A program made the translations under genes and the position numbers. Positions 52,547-62,935 of a DNA stretch of 64,000 bases are shown piece by piece (position 1 is the stretch's first letter; the number at the start of each line of letters is the position of its first letter). Source of the DNA: Solirubrobacterales bacterium. GTDB lineage: Bacteria > Actinomycetota > Thermoleophilia > Solirubrobacterales > Solirubrobacteraceae. Below the pieces are notes generated by a model. That model saw only the letters and a list, made by a program, of their open reading frames with translations, did no database searches and was not told the origin of the DNA. The DNA lies in the NCBI GenBank assembly GCA_003132505.1, contig PKXY01000026.1:79396-143395 (forward strand), given 5' to 3'.

Positions 52547-52585
52547 GCCGCGCGGTTGCAGTACGGCGCGCGACGCCGGCGCGCG

Positions 52586-53353
52586 TCAATCAGAGAAGTG
52601 CGTTTGCGGCTGCGCGAGCCGCCTGCCGTCGAGGATCACGTCGACCTTCTCGTTGTAGAAGGCGATCAGGCCTGCGACAGGGGCCAGCTGGCGGGTCGGG
52701 AAGTCGTAGGTCCAGGCCAGGTCCGGGTACAGGCGCTCGCCGCTACGTACTGACCAGTAGCCGGTGGTGCGGCCCTTGTAGGGGCAGGCGGTGGTCGTCT
52801 CGGTGGGCTCGAGATGCTCGAAGTCGACCTCGGTGCGATTCAAGTAGTAGCGCGTCGGAAGACCGGTCTCGAAGACCATCACGGGCGAAACGGACTCGGC
52901 GAGCACCAGTCCATCGAGCTCGATCCGTACTGCGCGCGTCGAGCGGAGCGCGTCAACGCGGACGAAGGGGCTCCGCGGATGGACGAACACCTCCTCGTCC
53001 TCCTCGAACCAGTGATCGAGCGCATCCCACTCGAAGCGCAGGCAGCCGGACACGCCGTCGATCGGCGACTGCGTATAGAGGCGGGCGGCGCCAGTCCGCG
53101 ACAGCTCGCCGACGCGCAGTCCATAGTCCGCGGCCAAGCCGAACCGCAGCTTGTGTTGGTGATCCTCATCGACCAGCAGCGCCTCGTCAACATCGGCGCG
53201 CGGGATGTAGTACTGCGGGTAATACGGCGCCTCCCATACGTAGAGCGCGGCGGTGGTGTCGAGCACCGTCTGGCCGGCGAACGTTGCACGGATCCGGCGC
53301 GGAACCGGCTCGACGTGCAGCGGCGGGGCGATCTGCTGCGGGTAGTCGCTCAC
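52586..53353 (-). CDS. DUF427-domain protein (two tandem DUF427-like halves)
   Basis: Each half has the pattern ...RATFAGQTVLDT...YYPQYYIPRADV... / ...RIELDGLVLAES...PTRYYLNRTEV...CPYKG... Confidence 0.65.
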   Translation of the reverse strand: MSDYPQQIAPPLHVEPVPRRIRATFAGQTVLDTTAALYVWEAPYYPQYYIPRADVDEALLVDEDHQHKLRFGLAADYGLRVGELSRTGAARLYTQSPIDGVSGCLRFEWDALDHWFEEDEEVFVHPRSPFVRVDALRSTRAVRIELDGLVLAESVSPVMVFETGLPTRYYLNRTEVDFEHLEPTETTTACPYKGRTTGYWSVRSGERLYPDLAWTYDFPTRQLAPVAGLIAFYNEKVDVILDGRRLAQPQTHFSD

Positions 53354-53402
53354 AAGCCAAGCCTACGCGGCCGGAGCACGCGACCGAGCGAGTCGCTCGA
53401 GC

Positions 53403-53873
53403 TCAGGCAGCATCCGCGAGCAGCTCCATCAGCAGGCAGTCGTGCCAGCCGTCACCGTCTTGGTCGCGCTCATAGCGGTGGAGGATCCCGACGGGCTTGA
53501 ACCCAACCTTCTCGTAGGTGCGGATCGCCGCCGCGTTGTCAGCGGCGGGGTCGATCGTGATGCGGTGGTGGCCACGCTCCTGCAAGAGGATCTCGACCAC
53601 GCCGCGCAGCGCCTCGGTCCCGAGACCGCGGCCGTGCAATGCCGGGTCGATGAACAGATCGACCATCGCGTGGCGATAATCGGGATCAGCCTCCTCGAAA
53701 TACTGAACCATTCCGACGACGGCGCCGTCCACCTCGATCACCAAGCGCGTCGCGGTCGGGTCCTCGTCTGGGAAGTCGGCACTGAGGACCCCCCACCAGC
53801 GCGCCACCTCGGGCGTTTCGTGGATTCGGCGCAAGTCGGCGGCGTCGCTTGGGGTCAGCCCTCGGTGGATCAT
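53403..53873 (-). CDS. GNAT-family N-acetyltransferase
   Basis: Acetyl-CoA-binding region (LHGRGLGTEALRGVV), HRITIDPAADNAAAIRTYEKVGF. Confidence 0.8.
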   Translation of the reverse strand: MIHRGLTPSDAADLRRIHETPEVARWWGVLSADFPDEDPTATRLVIEVDGAVVGMVQYFEEADPDYRHAMVDLFIDPALHGRGLGTEALRGVVEILLQERGHHRITIDPAADNAAAIRTYEKVGFKPVGILHRYERDQDGDGWHDCLLMELLADAA

Positions 53874-54589
53874 GCGTCGTAGGCTACGCGGGCGAGGTAG
53901 AGGCCGTGGGCCGGCGCCGTGCGCCCGGCGGCGCTGCGCGCCGCGCCCTCGAGCAGACGAGTGAAATCATCGACGCCGCGTGCCCCGGTCGCGACCTCGA
54001 GCATCGTGCCGACAAGGACGCGATTCATCTGGCGCATGAATGAGTCGGCCTCGATCCAGAAACTGAGCGCGTCGTCTCCGCGCCATTCGGCGCGGAGCAC
54101 GTCGCGAACGAATCGCGTGTGGTAGGTCTCGTTGGAGGTGAAGGCGGTGAAGTCATGGCGGCCGACCAGCGCTGCGGCACAGGCGTCGAGCGCGTCGCGA
54201 TCGAGGCGGACGGACACGTGGAGAGCGCGGCCGCGCTCGAACGGTGAGCGGGCGGGGGAATTGTGGATGCGGTAACAGTACGTGCGGCTCGTCGCGCTGC
54301 GGCGAGCGTCGAAGGCGGCGTCCATCGGCTCACTCGCGAGGACCGCGACGTCGTCAGGAAGCAACGAGTTCAGGCGTAGCGGGTCGAGCGCCTCGTGGCC
54401 GTAGCTCGCGACCTGCCCCCACGCATGCACGCCCGCGTCCGTCCTGCCGGCCACGGATGTGGGAACCGGTTCGCCCAGCACAACCCCAAGCGCGCGCTCG
54501 AGCGCGTCCTGCACCGTGCGCTGACCAGGCTGCCGCGCCCACCCGGAGAAACCGGTCCCCTCATAGGCGAGGGCCAGCTTTGTGATCAA
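53870..54589 (-). CDS. truA: tRNA pseudouridine(38-40) synthase
   Basis: YEGTGFSGWARQPG..., catalytic GRTDAGVHAWGQV. The stop overlaps the GNAT start by 4 nt. Confidence 0.9.
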   Translation of the reverse strand: MITKLALAYEGTGFSGWARQPGQRTVQDALERALGVVLGEPVPTSVAGRTDAGVHAWGQVASYGHEALDPLRLNSLLPDDVAVLASEPMDAAFDARRSATSRTYCYRIHNSPARSPFERGRALHVSVRLDRDALDACAAALVGRHDFTAFTSNETYHTRFVRDVLRAEWRGDDALSFWIEADSFMRQMNRVLVGTMLEVATGARGVDDFTRLLEGAARSAAGRTAPAHGLYLARVAYDA

Positions 54590-54665
54590 CGAGCCACCAA
54601 CCTTGCCTCGTCAGATGCGGCGGGCGCAACCGGGCGAGCAGGAATCGCGCCGAGAGCCCGGATCC

Positions 54666-55019
54666 CTAGACGAACTCGAGCAGAACCATTTCGGTCGAGT
54701 CGCTCTGGCGCGGTCCGAGCTTGACGATGCGGGTGTAGCCGCCCGGTCGCTCCGCGTAGCGGGGGGCGACGACCTCGAACAGCTTGTGCACCGCGAACTT
54801 GTCCTGGCCGAGCGCGGAGAGCGCCTGGCGGCGGGCGTGGAGGTCACCGCGCTTGGCGAGCGTGATCAGCTTCTCGATCTCCGGCTTGGCGGCCTTGGCC
54901 TTGGCTTCGGTCGTCGTTATGCGCTCGTGCTCGATGACCTCCTTCGAGAGGTTGCGCAGCAGCGCCTTGCGGTGCGCAGGGTCGCGACTCAGCTTGTGAC
55001 GGGTCTTCTGGTGGCGCAC
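54666..55019 (-). CDS. rplQ: 50S ribosomal protein L17
   Basis: [24 protein letters not shown]...TTEAKAK...[15 protein letters not shown]. Confidence 0.95.
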   Translation of the reverse strand: MRHQKTRHKLSRDPAHRKALLRNLSKEVIEHERITTTEAKAKAAKPEIEKLITLAKRGDLHARRQALSALGQDKFAVHKLFEVVAPRYAERPGGYTRIVKLGPRQSDSTEMVLLEFV

Positions 55020-55026
55020 GTCGCCG

Positions 55027-56001
55027 TCAATCCTCGCGCAGATGGAGGCCCCGCGCCTCGAGCGTCTCGATCACTTCGTCGATCGACTTCTTGCCGAAGT
55101 TCGGAATCGCGTTGAGCTCGGCCTCGGATTTCGAGATCAGATCGCCGACGGTCTGGATGCCGGCGCGCTTGAGGCAGTTGTAGGAGCGCACGCCGAGCTC
55201 TAGCTCCTCGATCAGGATGCCCCACTCCTCGCCCTGCATCACTAGCGGAGCTCCCGCACCGACACCGCCGAGAACCCCGTCGAGCTGCCCGGCGGGGCCG
55301 GCGCGAAGCTCCTCGACGCGGTCCTCGTCGGTGAAGATCGCGAGCTGGGAGATCAAGAGCTCGGCAGCCTCCCGAAGCGCCGCCGAGGGCTCGACCGAGC
55401 CGTCGGTCTCGATGTCGAGCGTCAGCTTGTCGAAGTCGGTGCGCTGGCCGACGCGCGCCTGCTCGACTGCGTAGGCGACGCGGCGCACGGGTGAGAAGAT
55501 CGAATCGATCGGGATCACGCCGATCGGCTGGTCGGCGGACTTGTTGTCCTCAGCCGCACGGTAGCCGCGACCGCGGCCGATCGTGAGATAGAACTCGAGT
55601 CGAGCCTTCTTGTCGAGTGCCGCGATGTGAACTTCCGGGTTCAGGATCTCGACGCCGGAGGGAAGGTCGATGTCGGCAGCGGTGATGTCGCCCGGGCCGG
55701 TCGCGACAAGCGCCGCCTCTATCTCCGTCGCGTCGGAATGCATCCGGCAGACGATGCCCTTGAGGTTAAGAACGATGTCGGTGACGTCCTCCTTGACGCC
55801 GGGGATCGTCGAGAACTCGTGCGCAACACCCTCGATGCGAACGCTTGTGACTGCGGCGCCGGCCAACGAGGAGAGCAGCACACGTCGCAACGAGTTGCCG
55901 AACGTGTAGCCGAAGCCGCGGTCGAGGGGCTCGATCACGAACGTGCCGCGGTTCTCATCGCCGGATTCGCTCGTGATGCGGGGGATCTGGAAGTCAAGCA
56001 T
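55027..56001 (-). CDS. rpoA: DNA-directed RNA polymerase alpha subunit
   Basis: [27 protein letters not shown] and a C-terminal domain with [22 protein letters not shown]. Confidence 0.97.
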   Translation of the reverse strand: MLDFQIPRITSESGDENRGTFVIEPLDRGFGYTFGNSLRRVLLSSLAGAAVTSVRIEGVAHEFSTIPGVKEDVTDIVLNLKGIVCRMHSDATEIEAALVATGPGDITAADIDLPSGVEILNPEVHIAALDKKARLEFYLTIGRGRGYRAAEDNKSADQPIGVIPIDSIFSPVRRVAYAVEQARVGQRTDFDKLTLDIETDGSVEPSAALREAAELLISQLAIFTDEDRVEELRAGPAGQLDGVLGGVGAGAPLVMQGEEWGILIEELELGVRSYNCLKRAGIQTVGDLISKSEAELNAIPNFGKKSIDEVIETLEARGLHLRED

Positions 56002-56074
56002 CGGGGTCCTAACGTCGTCGTGTTTCTAACGCTCGCCGGCATCGACGCCGGCGTGCAAGCTTGATCGGCTGCAG

Positions 56075-56695
56075 CTACTTCGAATAGTGCTCGACGATGA
56101 GCTGCTCCTGCACGGGCGCGGCGACCTCGCGCCGCTCCGGCTTGCGCAGGACCTTAGCCGTGAGCCCATCGTGGTCGGCCTGAAGCCAGGCCGGGACCTG
56201 ACCGGTCAGCTCCGTCGCCTCACGGATCACCCGCTGTGCTGTCGTGCCGGCCTTGACGGCGATCACGTCGCCCGGGCGCACCTGATAGCTCGGGATGTCC
56301 ACGCGGCGACCGTTGACCGTCCAGTGACCGTGGCGCACGAGCTGGCGTGCCTGACGGCGCGAGGCTGCGAAACCGAGCCGCACGAGCACGTTGTCGAGAC
56401 GGCATTCGAGCAACGTCAGGAGGTTCTCACCGGTGACTCCAGGCTGGCGCGAGGCCTTCTCGTAATAGTTGCGGAACTGGCGCTCGAGCAGCCCGTAGTA
56501 GCGGCGGGCCTTCTGTTTCTCGCGCAGCTGCAGGCGGTACTCGCTCTGCTTCTGGCGGCCGCGGCCGTGCTCGCCCGGCGGATAGGCGCGACGCTCGACG
56601 CCGCACTTGTCAGTGAGGCAGCGCTCACCCTTGAGGAAGAGCTTCTGGCCTTCGCGACGGCACTGCTTGCACTGGGGTGAAGTATCTCTAGCCAT
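56075..56695 (-). CDS. rpsD: 30S ribosomal protein S4
   Basis: [18 protein letters not shown]..., [12 protein letters not shown] and an S4 RNA-binding domain. Confidence 0.96.
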   Translation of the reverse strand: MARDTSPQCKQCRREGQKLFLKGERCLTDKCGVERRAYPPGEHGRGRQKQSEYRLQLREKQKARRYYGLLERQFRNYYEKASRQPGVTGENLLTLLECRLDNVLVRLGFAASRRQARQLVRHGHWTVNGRRVDIPSYQVRPGDVIAVKAGTTAQRVIREATELTGQVPAWLQADHDGLTAKVLRKPERREVAAPVQEQLIVEHYSK

Positions 56696-56707
56696 CCGCT
56701 GGCGACC

Positions 56708-57103
56708 TCAGACGCGCCGGCGCTTGCGTGGACGGCAGCCGTTGTGGGCTTGCGGTGTGACGTCCTTGACGCCGGTGACCTCGAGGCCGGCGGCCTGGAG
56801 CGAGCGAATCGCGGTCTCGCGCCCGGAGCCCGGGCCCTTGACGAAGACTTCGACCTTCGAGAGGCCCTGCTCCATGCCCTTGCGCGCAGCGGCGTCGGCC
56901 GTGACCTGAGCGGCGAACGGCGTCGACTTGCGCGAGCCCTTGAAGCCGGCGCCGCCGGCGGACTCCCAAGCGATCACGTTGCCCTGCTGGTCGGTTAGAG
57001 AGACGATCGTGTTGTTGAACGAGGTCTTGATGTGCGCCTGGCCGACGGGGATGTTCTTCTTGACCTTGCGACGGCCGCGCGCCGGGCGCCTCGGTGCCGG
57101 CAT
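56708..57103 (-). CDS. rpsK: 30S ribosomal protein S11
   Basis: [44 protein letters not shown]. Confidence 0.96.
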   Translation of the reverse strand: MPAPRRPARGRRKVKKNIPVGQAHIKTSFNNTIVSLTDQQGNVIAWESAGGAGFKGSRKSTPFAAQVTADAAARKGMEQGLSKVEVFVKGPGSGRETAIRSLQAAGLEVTGVKDVTPQAHNGCRPRKRRRV

Positions 57104-57486
57104 TACTTCTTACCGGCTTTCTTCTTGCCGGCGACCTGCATCCGCTTCGGGCCCTTGCGCGTGCGGGCGTTGGTCTTCGTGTTCTGGCCATGGACGGGGA
57201 GGCCGCGGCGGTGGCGGAGACCCCTGTAACAGCCGATCTCCGTCAGGCGCTTGATGTCCTGGGACACCTCGCGCCGAAGGTCGCCTTCGACCGTGAGGTC
57301 CTGGTCGATCGCGTCACGAAGCTGCGTCACCTCGTCCTCGGTGAGGTCGCGGACGTAGGTGTCAGGCGAGATCCCAAGCTCCGCGAGCAGTTTGTTGGAC
57401 TGCGGCCGACCGACCCCGTATATGTAGGTCAGGCCGATCTCAACGCGCTTGTTGAGCGGAAGGTTGACACCCGAAATACGCGCCAT
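57103..57486 (-). CDS. rpsM: 30S ribosomal protein S13
   Basis: [26 protein letters not shown]...[23 protein letters not shown]. Confidence 0.96.
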   Translation of the reverse strand: MARISGVNLPLNKRVEIGLTYIYGVGRPQSNKLLAELGISPDTYVRDLTEDEVTQLRDAIDQDLTVEGDLRREVSQDIKRLTEIGCYRGLRHRRGLPVHGQNTKTNARTRKGPKRMQVAGKKKAGKK

Positions 57487-57489
57487 CGA

Positions 57490-57603
57490 CTAGCCCTGGC
57501 GCTGCTTGTGGCGCGGGTTCTTGCAGATCACGAGCACCGTCCCGTGACGCCGGACGATCTTGCACTTCTCGCACATCGGCTTGACCGACGGTCGAACTTT
57601 CAT
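57490..57603 (-). CDS. rpmJ: 50S ribosomal protein L36 (37 aa, below ORF-track cut-off)
   Basis: Hand translation gives [37 protein letters not shown]. The stop lies 3 nt before the rpsM start. Confidence 0.93.
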   Translation of the reverse strand: MKVRPSVKPMCEKCKIVRRHGTVLVICKNPRHKQRQG

Positions 57604-57691
57604 GGTCCCTTCCGAGTTGGTCCGGAGAGTTGGCTCTGGCCGCCGCTTCGGCCGCCGCTACCACCCTCGGATTACGCACAAAGAGCCCGGG

Positions 57692-58498
57692 TCAGATGGC
57701 CCGAGCGCGACCCACAATGCTAGCAAGCCCACCATCTGCCGCGTCGTCACGGTGCCAGGGGGTAAGGATCCGCGGTCCGTCGAGCGTTATTGCGACGGTG
57801 AACTCGAAGTGTGCGGCCAGTGATCTGTCGGTTGAGTAGATCGCCCACCCGTCCTCGCCGGTTTGCACGTCGATCGTCCCCGTCGTCGTCATCGGCTCGA
57901 TTGCGAGCACCATCCCCTCCTGCAGGCGCGGCCCCTTGCCGGGCTCGCCGAAGTTCGGTATCTGCGGATCCTCGTGCATGCTGCGGCCGACTCCATGGCC
58001 TACGAGCGAGCGCACGACCGCAAGGCCATCGCCCTCCGCGGAGGCCTGGATCGCGTGCGAGACATCGCCGAGCCGGTTGCCGGTAACGCACTGCTCCACC
58101 CCGCGAAATAGCGATCGCTCAGTTGCTTCGAGCAGATGCGATGCGAGCGCGCTGACGGGACCCACGGGCAGGGTACGCGCGGCGTCGGCGACCCAGCCGT
58201 CGAGCGTAACGCCGACGTCGAGCGATATCACGTCGCCGCGCTCGAGCCGGTAAGGACCGGGAATCCCGTGCACGATCATCGAGTTTGGCGAGGCGCAGAT
58301 CGAGCCGGGGAAGCCGCGGTAGCCCTTGAACGTCGGGATTGCACCCTGCGAGCGGATGTAGCGTTCGGCGGCCTGGTCCAGCTCGGCGGTGCTGACGCCC
58401 GGACGCACCTGGCGCTCGAGCAGGCGAAGGGTGCGGACGAGGATCTCGCCTGCAGCGCCAATCGCGTCTATCTCCGCCGGGGATTTGCGGATGATCAA
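57692..58498 (-). CDS. map: type I methionine aminopeptidase
   Basis: The metal ligands are in context (ISLDVGVTLDGWVADAA, VGHGVGRSMHE, LAIEPM, HFEFT). Confidence 0.93.
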   Translation of the reverse strand: MIIRKSPAEIDAIGAAGEILVRTLRLLERQVRPGVSTAELDQAAERYIRSQGAIPTFKGYRGFPGSICASPNSMIVHGIPGPYRLERGDVISLDVGVTLDGWVADAARTLPVGPVSALASHLLEATERSLFRGVEQCVTGNRLGDVSHAIQASAEGDGLAVVRSLVGHGVGRSMHEDPQIPNFGEPGKGPRLQEGMVLAIEPMTTTGTIDVQTGEDGWAIYSTDRSLAAHFEFTVAITLDGPRILTPWHRDDAADGGLASIVGRARAI

Positions 58499-59169
58499 AG
58501 CTCCTCCTCGAGCTTCAAGGTCGAGATCGTCGCCCGGATGTGCGCGTGAACCTCGCTCGGCGAGGCGGTGCCGTCGAAGCGCCGGAGCAACCCGAGCTGC
58601 TCGTAGTAGCCGATCAGCGGCTCGGTCTGCTGGTGGTAGACGACCAGGCGCTTGCGCACCGTTTCCTCCTTGTCGTCGTCGCGCTGGACGAGCTCGCTGC
58701 CATCCTCGTCGTCGCGGTCGGCCTGCTTGGGCGGATCAAAGTCGACGTGGTAGATACGCCCGGTGGTTGGGTTCATGCGTCGCCCGCTGATGCGCTTGAC
58801 GACAACGTCATCGGGGACGTCGATCAACAGAGCGGCGGTCAGCCGCCGACCCAGCTTCTCGATCTCGCTGCCGAGCGAGTTGGCCTGATCGACGGTGCGC
58901 GGAAAGCCGTCCAGGACAAAGCCGTCACGGGCGTCATCTTCGGCGACGCGTTCAAGGATCACGCCGGAGATGACGCTGTCGGGAACGAGCTCCCCGACGT
59001 CCATGTAGCGCTTCGCCTCCTGTCCGAGGGCGGTCTGGGCCGCCACGGCGGCACGCAGGATGTCGCCGGTCGCGATGTGGGGCAAGCCGAAATCCTCCGT
59101 CAGGCGGTTCGCCTGCGTGCCTTTGCCTGCGCCGGGCGGTCCGAGCAGGATGAGGTTCAATTCGGCCAT
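58495..59169 (-). CDS. adk: adenylate kinase
   Basis: The start is re-called to the ATG at 59169 (MAELNLILLGPPGAGKGTQ). The lid region has no Cys, so it is the non-zinc type. The stop overlaps the map start by 4 nt. Confidence 0.92.
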   Translation of the reverse strand: MAELNLILLGPPGAGKGTQANRLTEDFGLPHIATGDILRAAVAAQTALGQEAKRYMDVGELVPDSVISGVILERVAEDDARDGFVLDGFPRTVDQANSLGSEIEKLGRRLTAALLIDVPDDVVVKRISGRRMNPTTGRIYHVDFDPPKQADRDDEDGSELVQRDDDKEETVRKRLVVYHQQTEPLIGYYEQLGLLRRFDGTASPSEVHAHIRATISTLKLEEEL

Positions 59170-59236
59170 CGCGATCTCCCTTCCCCGCCGCACGCGCTCG
59201 GCGTGAGCGGAGACGGCGAAGCGTACCGCGCCAACT

Positions 59237-60511
59237 CTAGGCTTTCAGGAAGCCCTCGTAGTTGCGCATCATCAGCTGCGCCTCGAGTTGCTTCATCGTG
59301 TCGAGCGCGACGCCGATGACGATGATGATCGAAGTTCCGCCGAAGTTGAACGTCACGCCGGTGCGCGCGTAGACGATCGCCGGCAGGACCGCGACGGCAG
59401 CGAGATAAAGCGCTCCCGGGAAGGTCAACCGAGCGAGGATTCGATCGAGGAACTCGGCCGTCGGCCGACCGGGTCTGACTCCCGGAATGAAGCCGCCGTA
59501 CTTCTTCAGGTTGTCGGCCTGGTCGACGGGATTGAAGGTCACGGCCGTATAGAAGTAGGTGAAGACGATGATTAGGAGCGCCTCGCCGAGGATGTAATGC
59601 CAGCCGCTCGGCGAGAAGAAGTCGGCGATCTGCTGCGACCAGTGCGTGTGCAGCAGCTGGCCGACGGTCGGCGGGAACGCCATCAGCGAGGCGGCGAAGA
59701 TCACCGGGATGACACCGGCCATGTTGACGCGCAGCGGCAGGTAGGTCTGACCGCCTGAGGTCATGCGTCGGCCGATCACGCGCTTTGCGTACTGCACCGG
59801 GATCCGCCGCTGGCCCTCCTGCACGAAGACGACGGCCGCTACAACGGCGAGGACGAGGAACGGCAGGACCACCTTGAAGACCTGGTTGTCCGACGTGTAC
59901 CAGGTCTGCGCAGCGCTCGGCAGGCGCGAGACGATCGAGGCGAAGATCATCAGCGAGATGCCGTTGCCGATGCCGCGCTGGGTGATCAGTTCGCCCATCC
60001 ACATGACGAGCACGGTGCCGGCGGTCATCGACATCACGATCAGGAAGATGTGCTGCAGGTCGAACTGGGGAATGATCGGCTGCGAGGCGCTGCTCAGCGA
60101 GCGGAACAGGAAGACATAGCCGATCGACTGGGCGAAGGCGAGTCCAACGGTCAGGTAGCGCGTGTACTGCGTGATGCGGGCCTGCCCGACCTCACCCTCC
60201 TTGGAGAGCTTCTCGAGCGAGGGCACGACGACGGTCAGGAGCTGGAGGATGATCGAGGCCGTGATGTAGGGCATGATCCCGAGCGCAAAAACCGCGACCT
60301 GCAGCAGCGCTCCGCCCGAGAACAGGTTGAGGAAGCTCAGGATCCCGCCCGAAGAACCGGCCTGGTTGGACAGGCTCTTGGCGGCGCTGGAGCTGACTCC
60401 GGGCACCGTAATGTGGGCGCCGAGACGGTACAGCCCAAGCATCAGCGCCGTGAAGCCGATCTTCCTGCGGATCTCCGGCACCGAGAGCGAGCTGAGGATC
60501 GTGCTGATCAT
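59237..60511 (-). CDS. secY: preprotein translocase subunit SecY
   Basis: The 424-aa, 10-TM protein contains GIMPYITASIILQLL and GISLMIFASIV. Confidence 0.96.
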   Translation of the reverse strand: MISTILSSLSVPEIRRKIGFTALMLGLYRLGAHITVPGVSSSAAKSLSNQAGSSGGILSFLNLFSGGALLQVAVFALGIMPYITASIILQLLTVVVPSLEKLSKEGEVGQARITQYTRYLTVGLAFAQSIGYVFLFRSLSSASQPIIPQFDLQHIFLIVMSMTAGTVLVMWMGELITQRGIGNGISLMIFASIVSRLPSAAQTWYTSDNQVFKVVLPFLVLAVVAAVVFVQEGQRRIPVQYAKRVIGRRMTSGGQTYLPLRVNMAGVIPVIFAASLMAFPPTVGQLLHTHWSQQIADFFSPSGWHYILGEALLIIVFTYFYTAVTFNPVDQADNLKKYGGFIPGVRPGRPTAEFLDRILARLTFPGALYLAAVAVLPAIVYARTGVTFNFGGTSIIIVIGVALDTMKQLEAQLMMRNYEGFLKA

Positions 60512-60659
60512 CCAGCGCTCAGTCTAGAGGGGCTTCGGCCCCTTCGGGCCTCCGCCGGACGGGTTTGCCGCGGGGTAGCGCGGAGCCGCGGCGCACGGTG
60601 CCGATGATGCGTTTGCGCGCGCGCTCGCCACCTCTCCGCCTTATCCGGCCGAGGCCCCG

Positions 60660-61232
60660 TTACTGGTCGATCTGGGTGCAACTGCCGCCGGCGGCCTCGA
60701 TGCGCTCACGCGCGGTCTTGCTGAAGGCGTGGGCGTGGACGGTCAAGCCCTTGCTGAGCTCTCCCGTGGCGAGGATCTTGACTGGGATGTTCTTGCGCGT
60801 GCCGAGGCCGGCCGCGCGGAGCGCGTCGAGCGTGACGTCGGCGCCGGCGTCGAAGCGGGCCTCGAGGTCGACAAGGTTGACGGGTTGGGTATGAGTGCGA
60901 AACGGCTCGAACGGCATCGACTGCTTCTTGTGCGGACCGCGTAGCTTGCGCATCCGCATGTGAATTGGCATCTGCCCACCCTCGAAGCGGGCACGGTCCT
61001 TGGCGCCCGAGCGCGAGCCGTAGCCCTTCTGGCCGCGACCCGCTGTCTTGCCGGTGCCCGAGCCTTCGCCGCGCCCGACACGCTTGCGCGGGCGGCGGGA
61101 ACCGGGGGCCGGGCTCAGCGAGTGCAGTCCGATGCGGGGCTCGGCGGCCTGCGCCTTCGGGGCATCCGCCTGCGTCGGCTCTTCAGGGTCGGTCGGCTTC
61201 TTGGCCCTTGTCCTTGGAGCGGGGGGCGTCAC
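60660..61232 (-). CDS. rplO: 50S ribosomal protein L15 with ~33-aa N-terminal extension
   Basis: The core is LHSLSPAPGSRRPRKRVGRGEGSGTGKTAGRGQKG. The GTG start overlaps the rpmD stop (GTGA), and there is no canonical start nearer the core. Confidence 0.9.
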   Translation of the reverse strand: MTPPAPRTRAKKPTDPEEPTQADAPKAQAAEPRIGLHSLSPAPGSRRPRKRVGRGEGSGTGKTAGRGQKGYGSRSGAKDRARFEGGQMPIHMRMRKLRGPHKKQSMPFEPFRTHTQPVNLVDLEARFDAGADVTLDALRAAGLGTRKNIPVKILATGELSKGLTVHAHAFSKTARERIEAAGGSCTQIDQ

Positions 61233-61435
61233 GTCGTTGGCTCTTCGACGTGAACTAGGTGGCGGACACGGTGGAGCATGCCGCGGATCTGCGGACCGTC
61301 GGCGACCCCCACGGTGTGACCGATGCGGCGCAGACCGAGTGAGCGAAGCGTCGCGAGCTGGGCTTTGTCAGCGCCGTTGCGCGAGCGGGTTTGCGTGACG
61401 CGGATGCTCGCGTCGGACTTGGCGCTCGGGCTCAT
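61229..61435 (-). CDS. rpmD: 50S ribosomal protein L30
   Basis: [32 protein letters not shown]. Confidence 0.9.
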   Translation of the reverse strand: MSPSAKSDASIRVTQTRSRNGADKAQLATLRSLGLRRIGHTVGVADGPQIRGMLHRVRHLVHVEEPTT

Positions 61436-62013
61436 GTCTTCGCCTCCTCGGCTGGGCGGTCGGCGCCGCCTTTGGCGGCCGTCGCACCGACCCGCTTGTC
61501 TTCGAGGCCGAGCACCTGGGCGACCGACAGGCCGCGAAGCTCGGCAACCTCGAGCGGCGTACGAAGGCTCTTGAGGCCATCGACCGTCGCCTTCACGAGG
61601 TTGATCGGATTCTGTGAGCCGAGGCTCTTGGAGAGGATGTCATGGATCCCGGCCAGCTCGAGCACGGCGCGGACCCCGCCACCGGCGATCACGCCGGCAC
61701 CGGGAGCCGCCGGCTTGAGGAAGACCCTGCCGGCACCGAACACGCCGGTCGTCTCGTGGGTGATCGTCGAGCCGTACTTGGGCACGCGGAAGAGCGACTT
61801 CTTGGCCTGCTCGACGCCCTTCTGGATCGCGAGCGGAACCTCGTTCGCCTTGCCATAGCCGACGCCGACGATCTCCTTCTCATCGCCCACGACCACTAGC
61901 GCCGTGAACGAGAACCGCCGCCCCCCCTTGACGACCTTGGCGACGCGGTTGATCTCGACGACGCGCTCCTGGAGGTCAAGTCCGGCGGCACTGACTGTTC
62001 GATCGATTCGCAT
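61432..62013 (-). CDS. rpsE: 30S ribosomal protein S5
   Basis: [27 protein letters not shown]...[19 protein letters not shown]. Confidence 0.96.
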   Translation of the reverse strand: MRIDRTVSAAGLDLQERVVEINRVAKVVKGGRRFSFTALVVVGDEKEIVGVGYGKANEVPLAIQKGVEQAKKSLFRVPKYGSTITHETTGVFGAGRVFLKPAAPGAGVIAGGGVRAVLELAGIHDILSKSLGSQNPINLVKATVDGLKSLRTPLEVAELRGLSVAQVLGLEDKRVGATAAKGGADRPAEEAKT

Positions 62014-62037
62014 GAGCGGGTTAGCGTAGCAGCGGCC

Positions 62038-62391
62038 CTAGAGCGTCAGGCCGGCTTCCCGCGCCCCCTCCGCGAGCGCCTTGACCTGGCCGTGATAGAG
62101 ATAGCCACCGCGATCGAACACGGCTGTGCTGATGCCGGCGGCCTTAGCACGCTCCGCAAGGAGGGCTCCGGCGCGGGTCGCGCGCTCCGTTGGGGCGAGC
62201 TCGCGCAGCGCGGCCTCGGTCCAGCTCACGGCTGCGAGCGTGCGCGCGGAGACGTCGTCGATCAGCTGTGCAGAGATGCCGCGATTGGAGCGAAAGACGG
62301 AGACGCGCGGACGCGCGGCCGTGCCCGTCACCTTCGCGCGGACGCGCCGACGACGCTTCAATCGACGAGCTTGCTTCGTCAGTACTGACAT
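62038..62391 (-). CDS. rplR: 50S ribosomal protein L18
   Basis: The start is re-called to the ATG at 62391 ([21 protein letters not shown]...[19 protein letters not shown]...[25 protein letters not shown]). Confidence 0.93.
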   Translation of the reverse strand: MSVLTKQARRLKRRRRVRAKVTGTAARPRVSVFRSNRGISAQLIDDVSARTLAAVSWTEAALRELAPTERATRAGALLAERAKAAGISTAVFDRGGYLYHGQVKALAEGAREAGLTL

Positions 62392-62401
62392 TGCCTGCTC
62401 C

Positions 62402-62935
62402 TCACGCGCGCTTGCCGACCTTGCGGGCGACGACCTCGCCCTCGTAACGGATCCCCTTGCCCTTGTAGGGCTCGGGCGGGCGCTGCTTGCGAATCTTGGC
62501 GGCGACCTCACCGACCTGCTGCTTCGAGATCCCGCGGACGACCACCCGTGTCGGCACCGGCACCTCGAACTCGATGCCTTCCGGCGCTGGGACGTTGACC
62601 GGGTGCGAGAAGCCGAGCGCGAGTTCGAGGTCGCGGCCCTTCAGCTGGGCACGGTAGCCGACGCCCTGGATCTCGAGGCGCTTCTCGTAGCCGTCGGTGA
62701 CGCCGATCACCATGTTGGCGACCAGCGTACGAACCAGTCCGTGTAGCGCACGGTGCTCGCCGCGATCGGTCGGCCGGGTCACGACCAGCCGGTCATCCTC
62801 GCGCGCGACGGTGATGTCGCGCGGGATTCGCTCGGACAGCGCGCCCCTCGGGCCGTTGACCGCGACGAGCTCGGGCTCGATCGTCACCTCGACGCCGCTC
62901 GGAACCGGAATCGGTGCTCTACCGATGCGCGACAT
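62402..62935 (-). CDS. rplF: 50S ribosomal protein L6
   Basis: [17 protein letters not shown]..., [21 protein letters not shown]. Confidence 0.96.
   Translation of the reverse strand: MSRIGRAPIPVPSGVEVTIEPELVAVNGPRGALSERIPRDITVAREDDRLVVTRPTDRGEHRALHGLVRTLVANMVIGVTDGYEKRLEIQGVGYRAQLKGRDLELALGFSHPVNVPAPEGIEFEVPVPTRVVVRGISKQQVGEVAAKIRKQRPPEPYKGKGIRYEGEVVARKVGKRA

Noticed and set aside
57440-57679. 79-aa minus-strand ORF in the map-rpmJ region, considered as a divergent infA
   Set aside because: The sequence has no IF-1 (S1-fold) similarity and overlaps the clear rpmJ reading frame out of frame.
57604-57691. Hairpin in the map-rpmJ spacer (ggccgccgcttcggccgccgc)
   Set aside because: On inspection this is mostly a direct repeat. 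Only a 4-bp stem (GCCG-ctt-CGGC) can form, which is too weak to call.
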